Assembly: GCA_964057225.1 (NCBI GenBank)
Contig: OZ059898.1
Location: 20,398,001 to 20,462,000 of the forward strand
From: Auanema rhodensis
Lineage: Eukaryota; Animalia; Nematoda
Direction of reading: 5' to 3'
DNA: 64,000 nucleotides
Shown here one piece after another: positions 15,001-30,000 of this stretch. The stretch's first letter is position 1; the number at the start of each line of letters is the position of its first letter. Both the position numbers and the translations under genes were made by a program. The notes below the pieces were generated by a model. It had not been told where the DNA came from. It ran no database searches and saw only the letters and a list, made by a program, of their open reading frames with translations.

Positions 15001-18000
15001 GTTTTTAGACTAATTTGGACATGGGGATTCTAATTTTGAGAACCGCATCTCTTTATCTTTCACGTGAAGCGAGTTACATATAAAGTGCACATCACGTGTA
15101 CATTTAATTAGCATAAATTAAAGTTCACGTAAATTTCAAAGTCATGGTTACCATGAACCAATATCAATAAAAATTTGTTTTTAGACTAATATGGACATGG
15201 GGAATCTACTTTTGAAAACCGCATCTCTTTATCTTTCACGTGAAGCGAGTTACATACCAAGTGCACATCACGTGTACATTTAATTAGCATAAATTAAAGT
15301 TCACGTAAATTTCAAAGTCATGGTTACCATGAACCAATATCAATAAAAATTTGTTTTTAAACTAATATGGACATGGGGAATCTAATTTTGAAAACCGCAT
15401 CTCTTTATCTTTCAAGTGAAGCGAGTTACATACCAAGTGCACATCACGTGTACATTTAATTAGCATAAATTAAAGTTCACGTAAATTTCAAAGTCATGGT
15501 TACCATGAACCAATATCAATAAAAATTTGTTTGCAAACTAATATGGACATGGGGATTCTAATTTTGAAAACCGCATCTCTTTATCTTTCACGTGAAGCGA
15601 GTTACATACCTAGTGCACATCACGTGTACATTTAATTAGCATAAATTAAAGTTCACGTAAATTTCAAAGTCATGGTTACCATGAACCAATATCAATAAAA
15701 ATTTGTTTTTAGACTAATTTGGACATGGGGATTCTAATTTTGAAAACCGCATCTCTTTATCTTTCACGTGAAGCGAGTTACATACCTAGTGCACATCACG
15801 TGTACATTTAATTAGCATAAATTAAAGTTCACGTAAATTTCAAAGTCATGGTTACCATGAACCAATATCAATAAAAATTTGTTTTTAGACTAATTTGGAC
15901 ATGGGGATTCTAATTTTGAAAACCGCATCTCTTTATCTTTCACGTGAAGCGAGTTACATACCTAGTGCACATCACGTGTACATTTAATTAGCATAAATTA
16001 AAGTTCACGTAAATTTCAAAGTCATGGTTACCATGAACCAATATCAATAAAAATTTGTTTTTAAACTAATATGGACATGGGGAATCTAATTTTGAAAACC
16101 GCATCTCTTTATCTTTCACGTGAAGCGAGTTACATACCTAGTGCACATCACGTGTACATTTAATTAGCATAAATTAAAGTTCACGTAAATTTCAAAGTCA
16201 TGGTTACCATGAACCAATATCAATAAAAATTTGTTTTTAGACTAATTTGGACATGGGGATTCTAATTTTGAAAACCGCATCTCTTTATCTTTCACGTGAA
16301 GCGAGTTACATACCTAGTGCACATCACGTGTACATTTAATTAGCATAAATTAAAGTTCACGCAAATTTCAAAGTCATGGTTACCATGAACCAATATCAAT
16401 AAAAATTTGTTTTTAGACTAATTTGGACATGGGGATTCTAATTTTGAAAACCGCATCTCTTTATCTTTCACGTGAAGCGAGTTACATACCTAGTGCACAT
16501 CACGTGTACATTTAATTAGCATAAATTAAAGTTCACGTAAATTTCAAAGTCATGGTTACCATGCACCAATATCAATAAAAGTTTGTTTTTAGACTAATAT
16601 GGACATGGGGAATCTAATTTTGAGAACCGCATCTCTTTATCTTTCACGTGAAGCGAGTTACATATAAAGTGCACATCACGTGTACATTTAATTAGCATAA
16701 ATTAAAGTTCACGTAAATTTCAAAGTCATGGTTACCATGAACCAATATCAATAAAAATTTGTTTTTAGACTAATATGGACATGGGGAATCTAATTTTGAA
16801 AACCGCATCTCTTTATCTTTCACGTGAAGCGAGTTACATATAAAGTGCACATCACGTGTACATTTAATTAGCATAAATTAAAGTTCACGTAAATTTCAAA
16901 GTCATGGTTACCATGAACCAATATCAATAAAAATTTGTTTTTAAACTAATATGGACATGGGGATTCTAATTTTGAAAACCGCATCTCTTTATCTTTCACG
17001 TGAAGCGAGTTACATACCTAGTGCACATCACGTGTACATTTAATTAGCATAAATTAAAGTTCACGTAAATTTCAAAGTCATGGTTACCATGAACCAATAT
17101 CAATAAAAATTTGTTTTTAGACTAATTTGGACATGGGGATTCTAATTTTGAGAACCGCATCTCTTTATCTTTCACGTGAAGCGAGTTACATACCAAGTGC
17201 ACATCACGTGTACATTTAATTAGCATAAATTAAAGTTCACGTAAATTTCAAAGTCATGGTTACCATGAACCAATATCAATAAAAATTTGTTTTTAAACTA
17301 ATATGGACATGGGGAATCTAATTTTGAAAACCGCATCTCTTTATCTTTCAAGTGAAGCGAGTTACATACCAAGTGCACATCACGTGTACATTTAATTAGC
17401 ATAAATTAAAGTTCACGTAAATTTCAAAGTCATTGTTACCATGAACCAATATCAATAAAAATTTGTTTTCAAACTAATATGGACATAGGGATTCTAATTT
17501 TGAAAACCGCATCTCTTTATCTTTCACGTGAAGCGAGTTACATACCTAGTGCACATCACGTGTACATTTAATTAGCATAAATTAAAGTTCACGTAAATTT
17601 CAAAGTCATGGTTACCATGAACCAATATCAATAAAAATTTGTTTTTAGACTAATTTGGACATGGGGATTCTAATTTTGAAAACCGCATCTTTTTATCTTT
17701 CACGTGAAGCGAGTTACATACCTAGTGCACATCACGTGTACATTTAATTAGCATAAATTAAAGTTCACGTAAATTTCAAAGTCATGGTTACCATGAACCA
17801 ATATCAATAAAAATTTGTTTTTAAACTAATATGGACATGGGGAATCTAATTTTGAAAACCGCATCTCTTTATCTTTCAAGTGAAGCGAGTTACATACCAA
17901 GTGCACATCACGTGTACATTTAATTAGCATAAATTAAAGTTCACGTAAGTTTCAAAGTCATGGTTACCATGAACCAATATCAATAAAAATTTGTTTTCAA

Positions 18001-21000
18001 ACTAATATGGACATGGGGATTCTAATTTTGAAAACCGCATCTCTTTATCTTTCACGTGAAGCGAGTTACATACCTAGTGCACATCACGTGTACATTTAAT
18101 TAGCATAAATTAAAGTTCACGTAAATTTCAAAGTCATGGTTACCATGAACCAATATCAATAAAAATTTGTTTTTAGACTAATTTGGACATGGAGAATCTA
18201 ATTTTGAAAACCGCATCTCTTTATCTTTCAAGTGATGCGAGTTACATACCAAGTGCACATCACGTGTACATTTAATTAGCATAAATTAAAGTTCACGTAA
18301 ATTTCAAAGTCATGGTTACCATGAACCAATATCAATAAAAATTTGTTTTTAGACTAATTTGGACATGGGAATTCTAATTTTGAAAACCGCATCTCTTTAT
18401 CTTTCACGTGAAGCGAGTTACATACCAAGTGCACATCACGTGTACATTTAATTAGCATAAATTAAAGTTCACGTAAATTTCAAAGTCATGGTTACCATGA
18501 ACCAATATCAATAAAAATTTGTTTTTAGACTAATTTGGACATGGGAATTCTAATTTTGAAAACCGCATCTCTTTATCTTTCACGTGAAGCGAGTTACATA
18601 TAAAGTGCACATCACGTGTACATTTAATTAGCATAAATTAAAGTTCACGTAAATTTCAAAGTCATGGTTACCATGCACCAATATCAATGAAAATTTGTTT
18701 TTAGACTAATATGGACATGGGGAATCTAATTTTGAAAACCGCATCTCTTTATCTTTCACGTGAAGCGAGTTACATACCTAGTGCACATCACGTGTACATT
18801 TAATTAGCATAAATTAAAGTTCACGTAAATTTCAAAGTCATGGTTACCATGAACCAATATCAATAAAAATTTGTTTTTAGACTAATTTGGACATGGGGAA
18901 TCTAATTTTGTAAACCGCATCTCTTTATCTTTCAAGTGAAGCGAGTTACATACCTAGTGCACATCACGTGTACATTTAATTAGCATAAATTAAAGTTCAC
19001 GCAAATTTCAAAGTCATGGTTACCATGAACCAATATCAATAAAAATTTGTTTTTAGACTAATTTGGACATGGAGATTCTAATTTTGAAAACCGCATCTCT
19101 TTATCTTTCACGTGAAGCGAGTTACATATAAAGTGCACATCACGTGTACATTTAATTAGCATAAATTAAAGTTCACGTAAATTTCAAAGTCATGGTTACC
19201 ATGAACCAATATCAATAAAAATTTGTTTTTAGACTAATATGGACATGGGGAATCTAATTTTGAAAACCGCATCTCTTTATCTTTCACGTGAAGCGAGTTA
19301 CATATAAAGTGCACATCACGTGTACATTTAATTAGCATAAATTAAAGTTCACGTAAATTTCAAAGTCATGGTTACCATGAACCAATATCAATAAAAATTT
19401 GTTTTTAAACTAATATGGACATGGGGATTCTAATTTTGAAAACCGCATCTCTTTATCTTTCACGTGAAGCGAGTTACATACCTAGTGCACATCACGTGTA
19501 CATTTAATTAGCATAAATTAAAGTTCACGTAAATTTCAAAGTCATGGTTACCATGAACCAATATCAATAAAAATTTGTTTTTAGACTAATTTGGACATGG
19601 GGATTCTAATTTTGAGAACCGCATCTCTTTATCTTTCACGTGAAGCGAGTTACATACCAAGTGCACATCACGTGTACATTTAATTAGCATAAATTAAAGT
19701 TCACGTAAATTTCAAAGTCATGGTTACCATGAACCAATATCAATAAAAATTTGTTTTTAAACTAATATGGACATGGGGAATCTAATTTTGAAAACCGCAT
19801 CTCTTTATCTTTCAAGTGAAGCGAGTTACATACCAAGTGCACATCACGTGTACATTTAATTAGCATAAATTAAAGTTCACGTAAATTTCAAAGTCATGGT
19901 TACCATGAACCAATATCAGTAAAAATTTGTTTTCAAACTAATATGGACATAGGGATTCTAATTTTGAAAACCGCATCTCTTTATCTTTCACGTGAAGCGA
20001 GTTACATACCTAGTGCACATCACGTGTACATTTAATTAGCATAAATTAAAGTTCACGTAAATTTCAAAGTCATGGTTACCATGAACCAATATCAATAAAA
20101 ATTTGTTTTTAGACTAATTTGGACATGGGGATTCTAATTTTGAAAACCGCATCTTTTTATCTTTCACGTGAAGCGAGTTACATACCTAGTGCACATCACG
20201 TGTACATTTAATTAGCATAAATTAAAGTTCACGTAAATTTCAAAGTCATGGTTACCATGAACCAATATCAATAAAAATTTGTTTTTAGACTAATTTGGAC
20301 ATGGGAATTCTAATTTTGAAAACCGCATCTCTTTATCTTTCACGTGAAGCGAGTTACATACCTAGTGCACATCACGTGTACATTTAATTAGCATAAATTA
20401 AAGTTCACGTAAATTTCAAAGTCATGGTTACCATGAACCAATATCAATAAAAATTTGTTTTTAAACTAATATGGACATGGGGAATCTAATTTTGAAAACC
20501 GCATCTCTTTATCTTTCACGTGAAGCGAGTTACATATAAAGTGCACATCACGTGTACATTTAATTAGCATAAATTAAAGTTCACGTAAGTTTCAAAGTCA
20601 TGGTTACCATGAACCAATATCAATAAAAATTTGTTTTCAAACTAATATGGACATGGGGATTCTAATTTTGAAAACCGCATCTCTTTATCTTTCACGTGAA
20701 GCGAGTTACATACCTAGTGCACATCACGTGTACATTTAATTAGCATAAATTAAAGTTCACGTAAATTTCAAAGTCATGGTTACCATGAACCAATATCAAT
20801 AAAAATTTGTTTTTAGACTAATTTGGACATGGAGAATCTAATTTTGAAAACCGCATCTCTTTATCTTTCAAGTGATGCGAGTTACATACCAAGTGCACAT
20901 CACGTGTACATTTAATTAGCATAAATTAAAGTTCACGTAAATTTCAAAGTCATGGTTACCATGAACCAATATCAATAAAAATTTGTTTTTAGACTAATTT

Positions 21001-24000
21001 GGACATGGGAATTCTAATTTTGAAAACCGCATCTCTTTATCTTTCACGTGAAGCGAGTTACATACCAAGTGCACATCACGTGTACATTTAATTAGCATAA
21101 ATTAAAGTTCACGTAAATTTCAAAGTCATGGTTACCATGAACCAATATCAATAAAAATTTGTTTTTAGACTAATTTGGACATGGGAATTCTAATTTTGAA
21201 AACCGCATCTCTTTATCTTTCACGTGAAGCGAGTTACATATAAAGTGCACATCACGTGTACATTTAATTAGCATAAATTAAAGTTCACGTAAATTTCAAA
21301 GTCATGGTTACCATGCACCAATATCAATGAAAATTTGTTTTTAGACTAATATGGACATGGGGAATCTAATTTTGAAAACCGCATCTCTTTATCTTTCACG
21401 TGAAGCGAGTTACATACCTAGTGCACATCACGTGTACATTTAATTAGCATAAATTAAAGTTCACGTAAATTTCAAAGTCATGGTTACCATGAACCAATAT
21501 CAATAAAAATTTGTTTTTAGACTAATTTGGACATGGGGAATCTAATTTTGTAAACCGCATCTCTTTATCTTTCAAGTGAAGCGAGTTACATACCTAGTGC
21601 ACATCACGTGTACATTTAATTAGCATAAATTAAAGTTCACGCAAATTTCAAAGTCATGGTTACCATGAACCAATATCAATAAAAATTTGTTTTTAGACTA
21701 ATTTGGACATGGGGATTCTAATTTTGAAAACCGCATCTCTTTATCTTTCACGTGAAGCGAGTTACATATAAAGTGCACATCACGTGTACATTTAATTAGC
21801 ATAAATTAAAGTTCACGTAAGTTTCAAAGTCATGGTTACCATGAACCAATATCAATAAAAATTTGTTTTCAAACTAATATGGACATGGGGATTCTAATTT
21901 TGAAAACCGCATCTCTTTATCTTTCACGTGAAGCGAGTTACATACCTAGTGCACATCACGTGTACATTTAATTAGCATAAATTAAAGTTCACGTAAATTT
22001 CAAAGTCATGGTTACCATGAACCAATATCAATAAAAATTTGTTTTTAAACTAATATGGACATGGGGAATCTAATTTTGAAAACCGCATCTCTTTATCTTT
22101 CACGTGAAGCGAGTTACATATAAAGTGCACATCACGTGTACATTTAATTAGCATAAATTAAAGTTCACGTAAGTTTCAAAGTCATGGTTACCATGAACCA
22201 ATATCAATAAAAATTTGTTTTCAAACTAATATGGACATGGGGATTCTAATTTTGAAAACCGCATCTCTTTATCTTTCACGTGAAGCGAGTTACATACCTA
22301 GTGCACATCACGTGTACATTTAATTAGCATAAATTAAAGTTCACGTAAATTTCAAAGTCATGGTTACCATGAACCAATATCAATAAAAATTTGTTTTTAG
22401 ACTAATTTGGACATGGAGAATCTAATTTTGAAAACCGCATCTCTTTATCTTTCAAGTGATGCGAGTTACATACCAAGTGCACATCACGTGTACATTTAAT
22501 TAGCATAAATTAAAGTTCACGTAAATTTCAAAGTCATGGTTACCATGAACCAATATCAATAAAAATTTGTTTTTAGACTAATTTGGACATGGGAATTCTA
22601 ATTTTGAAAACCGCATCTCTTTATCTTTCACGTGAAGCGAGTTACATACCAAGTGCACATCACGTGTACATTTAATTAGCATAAATTAAAGTTCACGTAA
22701 ATTTCAAAGTCATGGTTACCATGAACCAATATCAATAAAAATTTGTTTTTAGACTAATTTGGACATGGGGAATCTAATTTTGAAAACCGCATCTCTTTAT
22801 CTTTCAAGTGAAGCGAGTTACATACCTAGTGCACATCACGTGTACATTTAATTAGCATAAATTAAAGTTCACGCAAATTTCAAAGTCATGGTTACCATGA
22901 ACCAATATCAATAAAAATTTGTTTTTAGACTAATTTGGACATGGGGATTCTAATTTTGAAAACCGCATCTCTTTATCTTTCACGTGAAGCGAGTTACATA
23001 CCTAGTGCACATCACGTGTACATTTAATTAGCATAAATTAAAGTTCACGTAAATTTCAAAGTCATGGTTACCATGAACCAATATCAATAAAAATTTGTTT
23101 TTAGACTAATTTGGACATGGGAATTCTAATTTTGAAAACCGCATCTCTTTATCTTTCACGTGAAGCGAGTTACATACCTAGTGCACATCACGTGTACATT
23201 TAATTAGCATAAATTAAAGTTCACGTAAATTTCAAAGTCATGGTTACCATGCACCAATATCAATAAAAGTTTGTTTTTAGACTAATATGGACATGGGGAA
23301 TCTAATTTTGAGAACCGCATCTCTTTATCTTTCACGTGAAGCGAGTTACATATAAAGTGCACATCACGTGTACATTTAATTAGCATAAATTAAAGTTCAC
23401 GTAAATTTCAAAGTCATGGTTACCATGAACCAATATCAATAAAAATTTGTTTTTAGACTAATATGGACATGGGGAATCTAATTTTGAAAACCGCATCTCT
23501 TTATCTTTCACGTGAAGCGAGTTACATACCAAGTGCACATCACGTGTACATTTAATTAGCATAAATTAAAGTTCACGTAAATTTCAAAGTCATGGTTACC
23601 ATGAACCAATATCAATAAAAATTTGTTTTTAAACTATTATGGACATGGGGAATCTAATTTTGAAAACCGCATCTCTTTATCTTTCAAGTGAAGCGAGTTA
23701 CATACCAAGTGCACATCACGTGTACATTTAATTAGCATAAATTAAAGTTCACGTAAATTTCAAAGTCATGGTTACCATGAACCAATATCAATAAAAATTT
23801 GTTTTCAAACTAATATGGACATGGGGATTCTAATTTTGAAAACCGCATCTCTTTATCTTTCACGTGAAGCGAGTTACATACCTAGTGCACATCACGTGTA
23901 CATTTAATTAGCATAAATTAAAGTTCACGTAAATTTCAAAGTCATGGTTACCATGAACCAATATCAATAAAAATTTGTTTTTAGACTAATTTGGACATGG

Positions 24001-27000
24001 AGAATCTAATTTTGAAAACCGCATCTCTTTATCTTTCAAGTGATGCGAGTTACATACCAAGTGCACATCACGTGTACATTTAATTAGCATAAATTAAAGT
24101 TCACGTAAATTTCAAAGTCATGGTTACCATGAACCAATATCAATAAAAATTTGTTTTTAAACTAATATGGACATGGGGAATCTAATTTTGAAAACCGCAT
24201 CTCTTTATCTTTCACGTGAAGCGAGTTACATACCTAGTGCACATCACGTGTACATTTAATTAGCATAAGTTGAAGTTCACGTAAATTTCAAAGTCATGGT
24301 TACCATGAACCAATATCAATGAAAATTTGTTTTTAGACTAATATGGACATGGGGAATCTAATTTTGAAAACCGCATCTCTTTATCTTTCACGTGAAGCGA
24401 GTTACATACCTAGTGCACATCACGTGTACATTTAATTAGCATAAATTAAAGTTCACGTAAATTTCAAAGTCATGGTTACCATGAACCAATATCAATAAAA
24501 ATTTGTTTTTAGACTAATTTGGACATGGGGAATCTAATTTTGAAAACCGCATCTCTTTATCTTTCAAGTGAAGCGAGTTACATACCTAGTGCACATCACG
24601 TGTACATTTAATTAGCATAAATTAAAGTTCACGCAAATTTCAAAGTCATGGTTACCATGAACCAATATCAATAAAAATTTGTTTTTAGACTAATTTGGAC
24701 ATGGGGATTCTAATTTTGAAAACCGCATCTCTTTATCTTTCACGTGAAGCGAGTTACATACCTAGTGCACATCACGTGTACATTTAATTAGCATAAATTA
24801 AAGTTCACGTAAATTTCAAAGTCATGGTTACCATGAACCAATATCAATAAAAATTTGTTTTTAGACTAATTTGGACATGGGAATTCTAATTTTGAAAACC
24901 GCATCTCTTTATCTTTCACGTGAAGCGAGTTACATACCTAGTGCACATCACGTGTACATTTAATTAGCATAAATTAAAGTTCACGTAAATTTCAAAGTCA
25001 TGGTTACCATGAACCAATATCAATAAAAATTTGTTTTTAAACTAATATGGACATGGGGAATCTAATTTTGAAAACCGCATCTCTTTATCTTTCACGTGAA
25101 GCGAGTTACATACCTAGTGCACATCACGTGTACATTTAATTAGCATAAATTAAAGTTCACGTAAATTTCAAAGTCATGGTTACCATGCACCAATATCAAT
25201 AAAAGTTTGTTTTTAGACTAATATGGACATGGGGAATCTAATTTTGAGAACCGCATCTCTTTATCTTTCACGTGAAGCGAGTTACATATAAAGTGCACAT
25301 CACGTGTACATTTAATTAGCATAAATTAAAGTTCACGTAAATTTCAAAGTCATGGTTACCATGAACCAATATCAATAAAAATTTGTTTTTAGACTAATAT
25401 GGACATGGGGAATCTAATTTTGAAAACCGCATCTCTTTATCTTTCACGTGAAGCGAGTTACATACCAAGTGCACATCACGTGTACATTTAATTAGCATAA
25501 ATTAAAGTTCACGTAAATTTCAAAGTCATGGTTACCATGAACCAATATCAATGAAAATTTGTTTTTAAACTAATATGGACATGGGGAATCTAATTTTGAA
25601 AACCGCATCTCTTTATCTTTCAAGTGAAGCGAGTTACATACCAAGTGCACATCACGTGTACATTTAATTAGCATAAATTAAAGTTCACGTAAATTTCAAA
25701 GTCATGGTTACCATGAACCAATATCAATAAAAATTTGTTTTCAAACTAATATGGACATGGGGATTCTAATTTTGAAAACCGCATCTCTTTATCTTTCACG
25801 TGAAGCGAGTTACATACCTAGTGCACATCACGTGTACATTTAATTAGCATAAATTAAAGTTCACGTAAATTTCAAAGTCATGGTTACCATGAACCAATAT
25901 CAATAAAAATTTGTTTTTAGCCTAATTTGGACATGGAGAATCTAATTTTGAAAACCGCATCTCTTTATCTTTCAAGTGATGCGAGTTACATACCAAGTGC
26001 ACATCACGTGTACATTTAATTAGCATAAATTAAAGTTCACGTAAATTTCAAAGTCATGGTTACCATGAACCAATATCAATAAAAATTTGTTTTTAAACTA
26101 ATATGGACATGGGGAATCTAATTTTGAAAACCGCATCTCTTTATCTTTCACGTGAAGCGAGTTACATACCTAGTGCACATCACGTGTACATTTAATTAGC
26201 ATAAGTTGAAGTTCACGTAAATTTCAAAGTCATGGTTACCATGAACCAATATCAATGAAAATTTGTTTTTAGACTAATATGGACATGGGGAATCTAATTT
26301 TGAAAACCGCATCTCTTTATCTTTCACGTGAAGCGAGTTACATATAAAGTGCACATCACGTGTACATTTAATTAGCATAAATTAAAGTTCACGTAAATTT
26401 CAAAGTCATGGTTACCATGCACCAATATTAATAAAAATTTGTTTTTAGACTAATATGGACATGGGGAATCTAATTTTGAAAACCGCATCTCTTTATCTTT
26501 CAAGTGAAGCGAGTTACATACCAAGTGCACATCACGTGTACACTTAATTAGCATAAATTAAAGTTCACGTAAATTTCAAAGTCATGGTTACCATGCACCA
26601 ATATCAATGAAAATTTGTTTTTAGACTAATATGGACATGGGGAATCTAATTTTGAAAACCGCATCTCTTTATCTTTCACGTGAAGCGAGTTACATACCTA
26701 GTGCACATCACGTGTACATTTAATTAGCATAAGTTGAAGTTCACGTAAATTTCAAAGTCATGGTTACCATGAACCAATATCAATGAAAATTTGTTTTTAG
26801 ACTAATATGGACATGGGGAATCTAATTTTGAAAACCGCATCTCTTTATCTTTCACGTGAAGCGAGTTACATATAAAGTGCACATCACGTGTACATTTAAT
26901 TAGCATAAATTAAAGTTCACGTAAATTTCAAAGTCATGGTTACCATGCACCAATATTAATAAAAATTTGTTTTTAGACTAATATGGACATGGGGAATCTA

Positions 27001-30000
27001 ATTTTGAAAACCGCATCTCTTTATCTTTCAAGTGAAGCGAGTTACATACCAAGTGCACATCACGTGTACACTTAATTAGCATAAATTAAAGTTCACGTAA
27101 ATTTCAAAGTCATGGTTACCATGCACCAATATCAATGAAAATTTGTTTTTAGACTAATATGGACATGGGGAATCTAATTTTGAAAACCGCATCTCTTTAT
27201 CTTTCAAGTGAAGCGAGTTACATACCAAGTGCACATCACGGGTACATTTAGTTAGCATAAATTAAAGTTCACGTAAATTTCAAAGTCATGGTTACCATGA
27301 ACCAATATCAATAAAAATTTGTTTTTAAACTAATATGGACATGGGGATTCTAATTTTGAAAACCGCATCTCTTTATCTTTCACGTGAAGCGAGTTACATA
27401 TAAAGTGCACATCACGTGTACATTTAATTAGCATAAATTAAAGTTCACGTAAAATTCAAAGTCATGGTTACCATGAACCAATATCAATAAAAATTTGTTT
27501 TGAAACTAATATGGACATGGGGAATCTAATTTTGAAAACCGCATCTCTTTATCTTTCACGTGAAGCGAGTTACATACCTAGTGCACATCACGTGTACATT
27601 TAATTAGCATAAATTAAAGTTCACGTAAATTTCAAAGTCATGGTTACCATGACCCAATATCAATAAAAATTTGTTTTTAGACTAATATGGACATGGGGAA
27701 TCTAATTTTGAAAACCGCATCTCTTTATCTTTCACGTGAAGCGAGTTACATATAAAGTGCACATCACGTGTACATTTAATTAGCATAAATTAAAGTTCAC
27801 GTAAATTTCAAAGTCATGGTTACAATGCACCAATATTAAAAAAAATTGGTTTTTAGACTAATATGGACATGGGGAATCTAATTTTGAAAACTGCATCTCT
27901 TTATCTTTCACGTGAAGCGAGTTACATACCAAGTGCACATCACGTGTACACTTAATTAGCATAAATTAAAGTTCACGTTAATTTCAAAGTCATGGTTACC
28001 ATGAACCAATATCAATAAAAACTTGTTTTTAGACTAATATGGACATGGGGAATCTAATTTTGAAAACCGCATCTCTTTATCTTTCACGTGAAGCGAGTTA
28101 CATATAAAGTGCACATCACGTGTACATTTAATTAGCATAAATTAAAGTTCACGTAAATTTCAAAGTCATGGTTACCATGCACCAATATTAATAAAAATTT
28201 GTTTTTAGACTAATATGGACATGGGGAATCTAATTTTGAAAACCGCATCTTTTTATCTTTCACGTGAAGCGAGTTACATACCAAGTGCACATCACGTGTA
28301 CACTAAATTAGCATAAATTAAAGTTCACGTTAATTTCAAAGTCATGGTTACCATGAACCAATATCAATAAAAATTTGTTTTTAGACTAATATGGACATGG
28401 GGAATCTAATTTTGAAAATCGCATCTCTTTATCTTTCAAGTGAAGCGAGTTACATACCAAGTGCACATCACGTGTACATTTAATTAGCATAAATTAAAGT
28501 TCACGTAAATTTCAAATTCATGGTTACCATGAACCAATATCAATAAAAATTTGTTTTTAAACTAATATGGACATGGGGATTCTAATTTTGAAAACCGCAT
28601 CTCTTTATCTTTCACGTGAAGCGAGTTACATACCTAGTGCACATCACGTGTACATTTAATTAGCATAAATTAAAGTTCACGTAAATTTCAAAGTCATGGT
28701 TACCATGAACCAATATCAATAAAAATTTGTTTTTAGACTAAATTGGACATGGGGAATCTAATTTTGAAAACCGCATCTCTTTATCTTTCAAGTGAAGCGA
28801 GTTACATACCAAGTGCACATCAAGTGTACATTTAATTAGCATAAATTAAAGTTCACGTAAATTTCAAATTCATGGTTACCATGAACCAATATCAATAAAA
28901 ATTTGTTTTTAAACTAATATGGACATGGGGAATCTAATTTTGAAAACCGCATCTCTTTATCTTTCACGTGAAGCGAGTTACATACCTAGTGCACATCACG
29001 TGTACATTTAATTAGCATAAATTAAAGTTCACGTAAATTTCAAATTCATGGTTACCATGAACCAATATCAATAAAAATTTGTTTTTAAACTAATATGGAC
29101 ATGGGGATTCTAATTTTGAAAACTGCATCTCTTTATCTTTCACGTGAAGCGAGTTACATACCTAGTGCACATCACGTGTACATTTAATTAGCATAAATTA
29201 AAGTTCACGTAAATTTCAAAGTCATGGTTACCATGAACCAATATCAATAAAAATATGTTTTTAGACTAATTTGGACATGGGGAATCTAATTTTGAAAAAC
29301 GCATCTCTTTATCTTTCACGTGAAGCGAGTTACATACCAAGTGCACATCACGTGTACATTTAATTAGCATAAATTAAAGTTCACGTAAATTTCAAAGTCA
29401 TGGTTACCATGAACCAACATCAATAAAAATTTGTTTTTAAACTAATATGGACATGGGGAATCTAATTTTGAAAACCGCATCTCTTTATCTTTCAAGTGAA
29501 GCGAGTTACATACCAAGTGCACATCACGTGTACATTTAATTAGCATAAATTAAAGTTCACGTAAATTTCAAAGTCATGGTTACCATGAACCAATATCAAT
29601 AAAAATTTGTTTTCAAACTAATATGGACATGGGGATTCTAATTTTGAAAACCGCATCTCTTTATCTTTCACGTGAAGCGAGTTACATACCTAGTGCACAT
29701 CACGTGTACATTTAATTAGCATAAATTAAAGTTCACGTAAATTTCAAAGTCATGGTTACCATGAACCAATATCAATAAAAATTTGTTTTTAGACTAATTT
29801 GGACATGGGGAATCTAATTTTGAAAACCGCATCTCTTTATCTTTCAAGTGAAGCGAGTTACATACCTAGTGCACATCACGTGTACATTTAATTAGCATAA
29901 ATTAAAGTTCACGCAAATTTCAAAGTCATGGTTACCATGAACCAATATCAATAAAAATTTGTTTTTAGACTAATTTGGACATGGGGATTCTAATTTTGAA

